Positions 53,025-64,000 of a stretch of DNA of 64,000 bases are shown here, one piece after another. The notes beneath the pieces are model-generated. The model was not told the DNA's origin, searched no databases, and was given only the letters and a program-made list of their open reading frames with translations. The stretch's first letter is position 1. The number at the start of each line of letters is the position of its first letter. The translations under genes were made by a program, and so were the position numbers. This DNA is from Blasia pusilla (taxonomy: Eukaryota): positions 32,612,001-32,676,000 of the forward strand of contig CM114271.1 of the NCBI GenBank assembly GCA_050084515.1, read 5' to 3'.

Positions 53025-53560
53025 CTATGAGTGTGAGGGAGAACGAGCGAATGAAGAACTGAGGGAAGACTCAGTCGAGAGTGCGACGTGACTGCAATCG
53101 AGAGTGCGACGTGATTGATTGACTCGAAGACGAGAGAGTTGGAGAGCGCAAGACAGCGATCGAGGACGAAGACATAGAGCACACATACGGAGGACACTCG
53201 ACCGGCCACACGCGCACACACACACATACACACGCAGACCGACACCAGCCACTGGCACAATCACGCACTCGCTATCTGTCTCTCACTCTCTCGCGCACAA
53301 ACAGCAAATCCGACTCGGGGCGCGCGCGAAAGAGAGGGAGGAGCAGGCGAGAGACAGGAGAGTTCGGAGAGTCGCTTCGGATGTCTTTCTAACATCTGCC
53401 AAGGCAATACGTCTCCCAAGGTTTCCTGATTCACCCTCCACCTCTCCTCAACACTCCTTTATGCGCGCCTCCGTCTGCGTCCAATCGTCCACTCTTCCTT
53501 CGCCTAAACACTCCTCGCCTTCTCTGTGTCTACCTGCTGGCTGCTCTTCTCACTCCCGAC

Positions 53561-54926
53561 TTGGCTCCCCTCGCTCTTCCCAAACTGTTTCTGACCTCCG
53601 CACCTCCTGTCGCTGCACCACAGTCCGTCCCCCGTCCTCCTCCCCACTCCCACCCGGAGTATTCGTCATCCTGGGATTCTTTGCTCTCTCCGATTCCGAC
53701 GTCTGCTCTAGCGAGCGAGTTCCGCCAATCGGTCCCCATTGCTCATCTTCCCAACACCCCTTCAACTATCGGCATTGCGTCCAACGCTGCTCCGTCGATC
53801 TTGACCTGGAGAATTCCTCGACAAGAAAAGTTCTTCGTGGGTTCCCACGCTGAAGCTAGAGAAGCAGCTGTGGCGCCGGCAGTGGCAGGCGGGGGAGGGG
53901 TGTCTGGGGGGGCGGGGAGGGTGGACTCGGCCCCCGACTGGACCGTGTCCTCCCCTCTGAGCGATAGACCTTTGAAAGAGCGCGATCTGTCTCTGGGCTT
54001 CGGCACCAGCAGTGCCCACAGACCGCAGGAAGGCAATGGATTATGGAGAAACGCGGGATACGGATATGTGGGTTCTGCCGAGGGAGGTGGGACGGGAATC
54101 CCTGGTGGATTAGGTACGACGCAGCGAGACATTTTTAGAGAGATTGTGGGAAGAGCAGGTGAGGAGTTTGGAGTAGGGGCGCCCTACGGTGTTGGTGTTC
54201 GGAGGGATGAAAGAGGGGCAGAGGAGGGTCGGGGAGGAAGTTTTGTAGCGTATGTAGGCGGAGAAGGACGGGTCCATGTTGGTCCAAATCGTGAAGAGAG
54301 TGGAAGTGGAAGTACCGGACCCGTTGGGACCAAAAGAAAAGGCCCGGAAGAAGAAGGGGCGACGGTGGATGGTGGGATATGGGGCAATCCGGTGCTGAGA
54401 GAGGGTCCGGACGCGGTATTCAAAAGACGCAGATTGGAAGTCTCCACTTCCATGCGGGGCATGGACATTCAGCCTCTTGGCGAAGTGAGACCTGGCGATT
54501 CTCGCGTCAACGAGAACAAAGACAATGAAAATCACGCCTTACAGCTCCACGACTCCCAACGGGCTAAGACAGCTCCGCAACCCCCACCAGGTTCTGCAGT
54601 GGGTGCTGGGACTCAGGGCGGGACCGCGTGTCTCGAATGTGGAAATCAAGCCAAGAAGGACTGTCTTCACCAGAGGTGCCGGACTTGCTGCAAAAGCCGA
54701 GGGTTGCAGTGTCCCACACACATCAAAAGTACGTGGGTACCCGCTGCCAAGCGACGAGAAAGGCAGGCAGCGGAAGCAGCTGCCGCAGCAGCTGGTCAGC
54801 CGAGGCCCAAGTCGAAACGAGCTCGTTCTCTAGCCCTCTCAGCGCCCGCGAATCCAACTACCTCCCTTACCAACACCTCTGCCGGGACATCTCCACGCGG
54901 CTCTGACATCAATTCGGGTCAAGCAG
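53561..54926 (+). CDS. SHI: SHI/STY (SRS, LRP1-like) transcription factor, exon with RING-like zinc finger; start uncertain (first in-frame ATG at 54452)
   Basis: [46 protein letters not shown] is the family signature. Donor AG|GTGGGC at 54927 gives a phase-1 intron in frame with the next exon. Confidence 0.88.
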
Positions 54927-55695
54927 GTGGGCTTCTACCCGACAATCTGTGAAGGGCGTACGTTTGCAATTGTCTTGTTGCAGTACGTCAGATCGTTCTC
55001 AACATCCAGAATTCCACTGAATTATCGTGCTCCAGCCTCAGTGTCAGCTGCACATTCGCGATGAACCCAGCCTGATGCTTTTTTAATGTGCCATTTCGAC
55101 TATTCTCTGGCTCGCCGTGATATCGTCCTCGGATGAACGTAGCTCTCTTGGCCTTCATGAGACAAGTCTAGCCATGCACGCGGGCGTACTGTGACACGTC
55201 TAGTGAAGAGTGGCAGGGATTTTCCGTAGAATTCTCTTAGGTCATTGCTGTCCCTCAAGCGTTGATTGTAGATCCTGGTGGGTTATTCGCGCAGTCTTTC
55301 GATCTACGTCCATCGCCAAGATGGCACGGTAGCCTCTGCCCTTCATCGAGTGCTTTGAAATTGCACCCTTTCCTATGTAGATCCTTGGAAGTGGATGCCT
55401 TACGAAGTCGTCCTCATGAGGTCACTTTCCGTGAGCGACCTTCGCTGCAGCTATCGCAAGATCGCGCTTGCGAATTCCTGAATATCGTCTGAGTCCGTCT
55501 GTAGTCGAGAGCAGATTAGATGGGGTGTAGATGTCAGACTACGTCATCTGTGGCAAGGTGTGGCTCATGTCGCCTGTCGTCGTGTCCGTATGATGTTTGA
55601 TCATCCTCGAACTGCCCCATGCAGCTGGAGGACGCGGAATTCCCGTAGAAAGACGAAGCATGACATGTTCTGAACCCAGTGTGTCTGTTGTGCAG

Positions 55696-55977
55696 TGAAA
55701 GGATCTCTCCCTGCAGAGGTAAGGGCACAAGCGCTTTTCAAGTGCGTACGGGTGACGGGAGTAGACGACGGGGAGAATGAATTCGCCTATCAAACAACCG
55801 TCAAGATTGGGGGCCATATATTCAAAGGGGTTCTCCATGATAAGGGTTTGGACAATGGAAGCACCAGTGCACCTAATGTGGCAGATTTGCAGCTCGGTGG
55901 AAGAAGCATGCCCACCAGTTCGGCCCTTATCGATCCAACAGGACTCTACGGGAATCCGGGCAGCGCTCTCCTGGGAG
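55696..55977 (+). CDS. SHI: SHI/STY transcription factor, exon with IGGH domain
   Basis: Acceptor ttgtgcag ends at 55695; [17 protein letters not shown]...[20 protein letters not shown]. Probable donor AG|GTGAGA at 55978; otherwise the frame reads on to a stop at 56045. Confidence 0.88.
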
Positions 55978-57082
55978 GTGAGAATCTTAGAACCCTTGGA
56001 GGATCGTCGAATCTGTGGTGGGAGTCAGCAAGGATAGAGCAGTAATTTGGATCCTTCGAAATAACTCTGGAGGGTTAAAATTGAGGTCTAATGTGCGTGA
56101 GTTTCCTTGCTCTCGTGTCGTCGAGCTCTTAGAGGATGGCCCGTGCAAGTGGGCACGTTTGGACGGTAGCTCTTGTTCACTACGATTCTGCTATATTCAT
56201 GGGACGCTGAGGTTCAAGATTTCTCCAAGCCTCTGCTTCACTCACCTTGATTGGTGGTCGAAATAGCTGGACTGATGATCTCATACCAGTGGTTTCCGGG
56301 GTCTTGAAATGGACCAATTTCTGATGTTTATCTGTTGCCGGTAAGGTGGCATTTTGCCTTCGCACTTGAAGCCTCTGACGAGTAGTCCGTGTCATGCGTA
56401 ATGTGCGTGATGTACACAAATGGGCTGGTGAGGGACAGACGGAGCCTTCTCTCAGTGGAGGGATGATCTTTGGAGGTACATCAAATAGTATAATGACTGC
56501 CGGAGACTAAGTATGTCGCTTGGCGCTGTGTGCCGATGGAAGCAGTTGATTTTGTGGTGACGAGACTTCTCAATGCCTTACACGGTACCTATGGTCTCAT
56601 CCTTTCACAGCACCTGCTAGGTTTACTCGTGTTGGGTAGCCCATGAAAATGCGTCCTGTAATACCAAAGGGCGAAAGTCTCAAATCTGCGCCAGAATCTC
56701 AGTTGGATGCAGGAATTCAACTCTCAACTATCTACGAACGACAGATTGTAGGCGTTCATTTCATAATTCCTGTAAGCAGCAACTAAGAGAAGAACGAGAA
56801 CTCAGCTCACCATTTGCACAGGCCTTGCCCTTACAAGGCGCCGGGAGAGCGTGTATCTAGTAGGAGGAGCAGGATTCGTCCGAAGATCTGACTATCGCCG
56901 GAGTTGAACTTCACCCGATTGTCACCGTAGAGTCCGAAGGTGTCTTTGGCCTGAGCCACTAGGAGCGTCGTTTTCAGACCAGCGGTACCCTCCGCTGCTA
57001 GGCTGTTCAGAAGTAGACTGATGTTTAGAGACTCTTAAAGAGGTCAATGCTTCCTTGCTGGGCAGGTCGGGAGTTGTGTGCC

Positions 57083-57115
<33 letters not shown>

Positions 57116-60100
57116 CAGAGCATAATCCCGCTAGGACCACTTTCTTTCGAGGAGGTGAGTTTCAGCTAGCCGATTCTGTTAGGAGGCATCCATCTCGAGA
57201 TGCCTTTCACGGATGGCACCGTTCCATGTGATGGTGTGCAAGGTTTCCAATGGTGCCCTCCCCTTTCCCGAATTCGTTCGTGCTCTTCTTTACTAGGTTA
57301 GATTGGTAGAAGAAAACAACTTTGGGCTGATGGAGAGGTCAATTAAGTGATGGCATTCATGACTTCTGCAATGCAATGCAACGCTGAGCGCTGACCAGAT
57401 GGTCCTTTGCATTGTCTTTGCAGCGCTCCGATAGGCCGAGAGTCCACCCAGACCGACATCGGAGGCTCAATGTTTTGTAGGACCTCTTGTTGATACACGA
57501 TTCTTGCAGCTTCAGTCTTTTAGGGAAAACAGTCTCTTTCCTCTGTCCTTTTTGCTGGGCGCTTCATTAGCAGCACACTTCATGATGAGTAGAGGTCGAG
57601 TCCTTTCTGGACCCAACCATATTGTGTAGTAACCTGGCGAAATCTGCCAACTGGTCTGGGCAACCGATTGTATGTATGATGTGAGTTGAAGTCTATGTAG
57701 TTTGGTAGCCTTCTGTATTTATATTCATGAGTATTCGAACTCGAAGAGATGCCATTACAACAATTTGTCTCCTCGAATACTCGGGGAGAGATTACACTTT
57801 TTGTGTAGATGCATGCAGCCAATGTAATACATGAGAAAGTAACATCATTTTCAATCCGCTACGAGCTCAAGTGCCATCTGTTGCGTCTTTAGGTCATGGA
57901 TTTCAAGGTCCCGAAGCGCGATCCTTTTGCATCGATCGTTGAGCGCATGGCCTGGATCAGGCAAAAGGCCGATACGTCGTCCACATCCGGAAGAGTCCTG
58001 TACACTTACATGGATGATAAACGCAGCCAAGCTCCACGACCAGTTTCCTTCGTCCACTTTTTTTAAAGTTGGTTCCCACGGAGCGCAATTCCTGTGTACT
58101 GAAGATGGTCAATAATGTCTGGCAATCAATAACTTCGAACAAATGACAAACCGGAGCATGACAAAGCCCGACACAGAACACAAGGGAATCGAGAGTTCAC
58201 CACGTCGGTCGTAGACCGCGAACAGATCCGGCACATGGAAAACGTTGGCATCGCCCGGTTCACAAGAAAGAAAAGAAAGGAAGTCCTAACGTTTTCCAGC
58301 ACAAGCGCCGTCTGTAAAGCAAAGTCGATCTTCCCCAGTGGTTGGACTGTCTTTAACTCCCCTCCGCTCACCCGGCCGTGAGGGATGCGACTCCGTAAGC
58401 CGGTAAGGAAGGGAACGACGCAGCTGTGGCTCGGAACGATCCGTAAACATGCGAGCATCGAAGCGCGGGCCCACAGATAGTACGTAGCGGTTGTCCGTGA
58501 CGCCGAAGCGGAGGGGTGCACCCACCATCTAAACAGCCTTCCAAAAGTAAATATGGTGGACCTGACCGAGTAACCACCGTCGAGGCGATAAGACTTGCGG
58601 GTCAGGGCAGGTCATCTCATTCGGGTTTACGGTTCAATGAGGTCGGTAGTGCGTTCCCGGCAAGCACTGAAAAGGAGAGGTCATAGGGGCGAGGGCACCA
58701 ATGAGAAGGAAAGCGCTGCAGGCTTTTACTGGAGCTGGACCTGTCAGAGGCGTACGTTTCATCACGGAGGAACCTGGTCTCAAGCGAAGAATTTTTCTAT
58801 AATAACACGCACAATTCAGCGCGGAGCGCCTGTGAAGATAACCCCCGCACCTGAGGCTGCCTCGGTCGCTCTGCAGCCCGAGAGCGCCTGCGCGGCCATT
58901 GGACAGCGGCTACAGTGGCATCCATCCGTCGAGCAATCCACAGCTCGGAGGCGGGGGAGACGCCTCTTTCCTGGAAAAGCAGTGGACATCAATCGAAGTC
59001 CGGTCAAATCAACCGCGCTTGTTGTTGTTGTTATTCTTAGCTCCGTTGAAGCAATCATGACTCATGAGATAACCTACAGATGGTATCTAAAAGTCTGTCA
59101 TGGTTTTCACAACATGCACTTGCATTCAAAGGCCTGGCTCTGCCGTACAACATACTCTCTTACTAGGAGCACATGACATCACACAATGATGCCATGGATC
59201 CCACCACAATGACCAATTGCTCCAAAAGCTTCAGAATATTCATTTCTCGCAGAGACTTTTCATCCTTGTACGATGTTGGATTCCCGTCCAACTTCTAACC
59301 CTACAATTCCTATTCTGTTTAATCTCTTAACCCCTTAGAATCAGGTTCTCTCCTCCCCTCCGGGTAGGTAGAGCTTGCGTGGGTCCCATTATTCCGACTG
59401 CATTGTACACTGGCCCTGCTCCCTCCTTTATGTGCAATGATGGTTACCTGGGTAACTCTCCCTCTCGTTCGTATGCTATGAACATTTTCCCTTTCCCCAC
59501 GGAGTTTATCACATCTTTTCACTGTCCTCCTCCCTTTGGAAGTGGTGGCGGTGGTTTTTTGGTAGTTAGCACAACAATCGCGCAGCGCTCAAGAAACCGT
59601 TTCTGCCTCGCTTTTGACGGTCCAAGTGCATCCACTAGATTTGTCATTCCTACGAGCTCCTACCATCTGTCAGCTGCACGCGCTTCTCATCAGTTCGTCC
59701 CGACTAAGTTCCATGTTCTGTCAGCTGCACTTGACCACCACCACTACCAGCGACACACTATCGCATCGCATGGGACTAAGTCGGGCGATAAGACACGGAA
59801 TGTAAGAACACCTGCTCCATCCCGATTTTGTTTGGACGATTGCATCTTGTGAGGAGAGGGGACGAACTTGACCTTCTTTTTTCCCCTTCCTCGAGGGAAA
59901 GGTTCACTACTCGCTACCAATAAGTACTCGTTCAGTCCATTTAAATATTTCCGTGATGCTTTACTTCCAAAGTCTCCCCTCTTCATAGCGGATACGCTTT
60001 TGGATGCCGGGAGCATCTTCCATGGGAAGAGTAAGAGAAAAAAAGAAAAAAGATATAGCAAAACTCGCGTGAAAGCTCTACCCGCGAGTAACTATCGAGG

Positions 60101-63100
60101 GGTTAACCCGCAAGTCAACCTTCATTTTATTTCGCATCCGGATCACGCTTCCATCCGGTCAACACCCGGACTAAATAGCAGCTTCTAAATAAATGTGGAA
60201 TGGGATTATTGCGCCCCTCAATATTCTTGGAGGAAGTTCTCAAAGGAATTTGCATGAAGTGGGGTTTTTCTTCCGTGGCTTCTTATCTACAATATTTCAA
60301 GGCCCGTCTTGTAGTGCTCGAAATTGATTGCGAGTATTTTCCATTCCTCTCCCCGTAGATAAGGTGTAGGGCAAGATAAGATCTCCCGGTGTCCCGGGTA
60401 GTAGCCAGGACCACCGGATTAAATAAGCACATGATAGTACCCCCCATTTAAAACAAGGTAGACTCCGTGGATGGTAAAAAAAGATGCCATGATGGGGTCC
60501 CGATTCATAAACCAAGACTTCGGACATGTGGAGAAGGAATAGCAGGATAGATTCTTCCTTTTTGATCGATTTGATGGGCTCACTTTGGATGTTCCAATGT
60601 GTGTGTGTGCATGAGTGAGTGAGAGGCGCAAAAAGGAAGGGAGGAAAAAGGGTAAAAGAGGAGGAGGACTCGCGAGATGCCCTTCCGTGGGATGGACGGA
60701 CGGATACACAAATGCGGGAGTGTAACAAGAAACGAAGCGTCTCACTACGCCAAAATGATTGAAAAAATTTGGGAGGAGATCGAATTCAGGGGACTCGACA
60801 GCTCGCGACTATCTTCGGTCTGCATGTCCTCGAGGGTTGCCTTTTCTTTTCTTCATCCCCGGCCGGGTGTGGCCGGGTCCCCCCGCCTTGTACTTTATTC
60901 ATATCCCTTATTTCCCATGTGAGAGGAAACTCCACCAAGAAGTCAACAACAGCTATGGGGGGGCGGGGGACGTTTTATTGTGAGGGAATCGGCACTCCCG
61001 GTCACCCGCTTTTGACCAGGGATCTATAGATGAAGGACTTAGTCTAGTCCAAATCCCGTAGAATGATGGTGTTTAGAAGGGCGAGCAAAAGCAGCATACT
61101 GTTCAACGGCTCAAGAGTATTCAATTCCGTGCAAAGCGGCTGCAGCATCCCAAAAAGCGGACTCGTGGAGATATTTTCTTGGAGCCCATGCCATAATCAA
61201 CCTATCCCACCGAAACCTGCTGCTCTTTTCATAGATGCCCATTTCAAATTTCCTCTTCCCCAAATGCGCTTTAAGGCTCCAAGGCTTCTTTTCGTCCCTC
61301 AATCAACCACCTCTTGCTTTCTAACCTAGCGACCTAACGTCGGCGTCTTCCTCCGTAGCCGTCTACTGCTGTACTATCACTCAAATTAGTCGTTCGGACA
61401 AACATACCTGTCTCAAAAACGTCGCAGTCAATGTCCATACGACCACGTACGTAGACTAGAGTAGGTTAGGCCTGGTCAGGTTGGGTTGGGTTGGGTTGGG
61501 TTGGGCGAGAGGGTAGGGAACGGAAAGGGCATGACGAGACAATCATGCCAGATTACAGGCCAAAAATACTCTTCAAGAAGTCATGAACAGGAGGGAAGTG
61601 GCATGCCGCACTGAGTGGTACTTCTGATTACGTACTTACCTTAAACAGCGCATCATTGACAGGTCTAATGGGATCACGCCCACGCTGGATTGGCAGAAGG
61701 AGTGATGAGTAGGGAATATAATAATGATAACAATGAAAATATACGATTCTTATATACTGTACATATACCGTGCTCTTATAACTGACTGATTCGGATAGCA
61801 AGGGCCGTGACCACGTGAGCTACGGTCGGCCTTCCCTGCCCGACTCAGTCATCTCGCGTTGACTCTGAGTACTTTGCCGGTGCCCGTCAATATACATCTG
61901 TCCCGCCTCTGCGGGGAGGCCGGTAACGCCGGTTTTCCTGCGGGCAAAAGCTACCGCTCATTAAACATTCCTCCTCAGAAAGACTCTCAGTCTTCTCCGT
62001 CCGGTGGACTCGTCTGCCTACGAGCCTCCCTTGTACCGTCCAGCCCGACTACCGCGATTTCGGCACTGTCTGCTAATTAGTCCCGAGCCTAGTCCTGGAG
62101 GCTTGTGCCTACGAAACTAAGCATAGATTCCCCCCCACTCTACGCTATTGTACTCTACCCTAGCTACTCTACTCTACTCTTCCTGGCCGTGACTGCTGTC
62201 CCCGTTTTGGCTCCTCCCAAATCTGGCGAACCTTCTTTTGGTAGGGTGCTGTCCACAGCTTTAATATCTTGGCTTTTCTCAGTCAGAACTGAATTGAATT
62301 GAGGAAGGTCATTGAGTGTACACTTTTTACGGTGATGTGGTATCGTACTTCCAGATCTCCTCTCACGAGCCAAACCCCCGCGGTGTAGGCCCTCTGCTGT
62401 TTCGTCGGGTTTTGTTGGTTCCAATCTCCGGCCCGAGATCAATCGGACCGGTTCAACTCCGCTTCACGTCAAAGGAATCACAAGCGTATCACGAACCCGG
62501 CTGAGCCCTCGGCGAGAGCCGAGGTTTCGCTCAATGGGGATTTACGGTATGTCCAGTCTCCGTAGCCCGTACTCTTGTTTTCGGTAAGAAGATGAAATAA
62601 AATGTTGAGTGGAACGCGGTGAAACGGCAGAGTATTTGAACTCATGCTCTTGCCGCGGAAGTTCAGAGGAAGTATGGGACATCAGAAAATAAGATGAGGA
62701 ACTTAAGGAGGCAGAGCTCACGGTTTGGGAAAGTCTTTTTTATGCCCGTGATTTGATGCGAGGGGGTTTAGGCACTGAGCGATGTCCCGGCAACCAGGCA
62801 TCTTTGTTGTTTGTCCTCACTCGAGGCGAGGCCAAAACGAAAAGAAGAACACGCATGTGAGGTTCGTAGCCTTATCATTAGTCCTACTCCTATCTTTATA
62901 AACCTACAGCGGCCGGGCAAGGATACTGTTGAGGTTGGAATGGAAGCGGCCTCGAAATAGTTGCAAGCGTTCTCCAGGTGTGGGCTAAATGCAGGTGACA
63001 TCAAGATTGAAGACTTTCCTGGGACTTGCACCAAAGCATAGTGCCGCCTGCAGGAGCAGCAGCAGCTGCAGCACACGGTCTCGCTCCTCGCAGAGTAGTA

Positions 63101-64000
63101 ATGTAGGAACGCCGTAGGAGGAGGACGAGGAGGAGGAAGGGAAGAGTAAGGACAAGCGGACATAAATAAAGAAGGGCTCGAACGCGAAGGAATGTGTAGG
63201 TACAATATTCAGACTTCATGGCACCTCCTGCTCGAGTTAATCTAGGCTTGTGCGCCTTACGGAAGGAACGGATGTCGTGGAATACTGTTGAATCGGAAGC
63301 GCTCCATTCGGTGAGGCCGAGAAAGAAACGGATGGAGAGTCCTCCATTGATTCCCCTTTTTCTTCTCAGGCGTCTAAAGAGGGACACGACAGCGTTGTCA
63401 GGTGCGAGAGGCCTTCACGGAACGGGCCCAGCTTGGTCCGGCCCGCACTACCTACGAACGAATGAATGAACCAGGCGTAGCGCAGAGGAGTGGAGGGGCG
63501 GGTATGAACGAGTGCCGTTCCGTCCATCCCGTCCCGTCCCAACGATGTCCTGGCGTGGGCCGCGGCCAGGAGCTTCACTTACAGGCTACAGCGCTATCAA
63601 CACAATCACTGGTTTTCTGTGCCACTCCTGCCCCCAAATCTTTGCTTGGTGTCCTTCCGCTGCCGCGCTCCTCCGAGTTCATCATCATGATCTTCCCGAC
63701 TACGTTGCATTGCGGCCCATATTTACAGTCAGCAGTACCACGGCATCCTTCACGGAAAGAAAAAGAGACGAGGCTACCCTTTAATTATAGTCCACCTTCT
63801 TTTCAAGAGCTTCTCCTGGACTCTCCACTCCGTCCGTCCTTAGTAGTTTCGGGTCTCGTGTCCAATTCCCAAATTGATAACTCCTAGAACGTGTAGCTGT
63901 TCGCCAGTATGTCATCATACGCCATCGCTAGTCCTATCGCTTTCGTTCGACCATGTTCCTCGCTCTCTCTCTCTCGTTCCTTCCTTCGTCCCGCTCTCAC

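Noticed and set aside
53119-53853. 244-aa ORF as an independent gene
   Set aside because: TTG start, low complexity, no recognisable domain, overlaps the SHI frame; kept only as a possible uORF from ATG 53461.
57183-57240. Short palindromes as a possible miRNA hairpin
   Set aside because: Stems too short and no match to conserved plant miRNAs that I recognise.
57000-64000. Numerous 60-190 aa ORFs downstream of SHI
   Set aside because: No recognisable domains or coherent exon chain; expected by chance at this GC content.

Overview
Plant genomic DNA, probably a non-seed land plant such as a bryophyte (inference from gene and repeat content). Positions 1-45,730 are a nest of decayed LTR retrotransposons; ~46.5-64 kb is a CpG-rich single-copy region containing one SHI/STY (SRS) transcription-factor gene at ~53.6-56.0 kb on the + strand. 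The main result is a group of Ty3/gypsy elements from three LTR families. Their polyprotein order is Gag - protease - DNMT3-like C5-cytosine DNA methyltransferase - RT - RNase H - integrase - PHD finger. The methyltransferase is visible in three copies (~4.5-5.4, ~13.1-14.0 and ~23.9-24.8 kb) and the PHD finger in four. All four 3' ends also share an unusual layout: PPT-like tract, then a 107-138 bp copy of the LTR's own 3' end, a 2-nt spacer, and then the LTR. Target-site duplications appear to be 4 bp, and every resolvable insertion lies inside another retroelement. Three Ty1/copia remnants and several microsatellites complete the repeat block. All TE ORFs carry stops or frameshifts. Motif calls were made by eye; no database searches were run.
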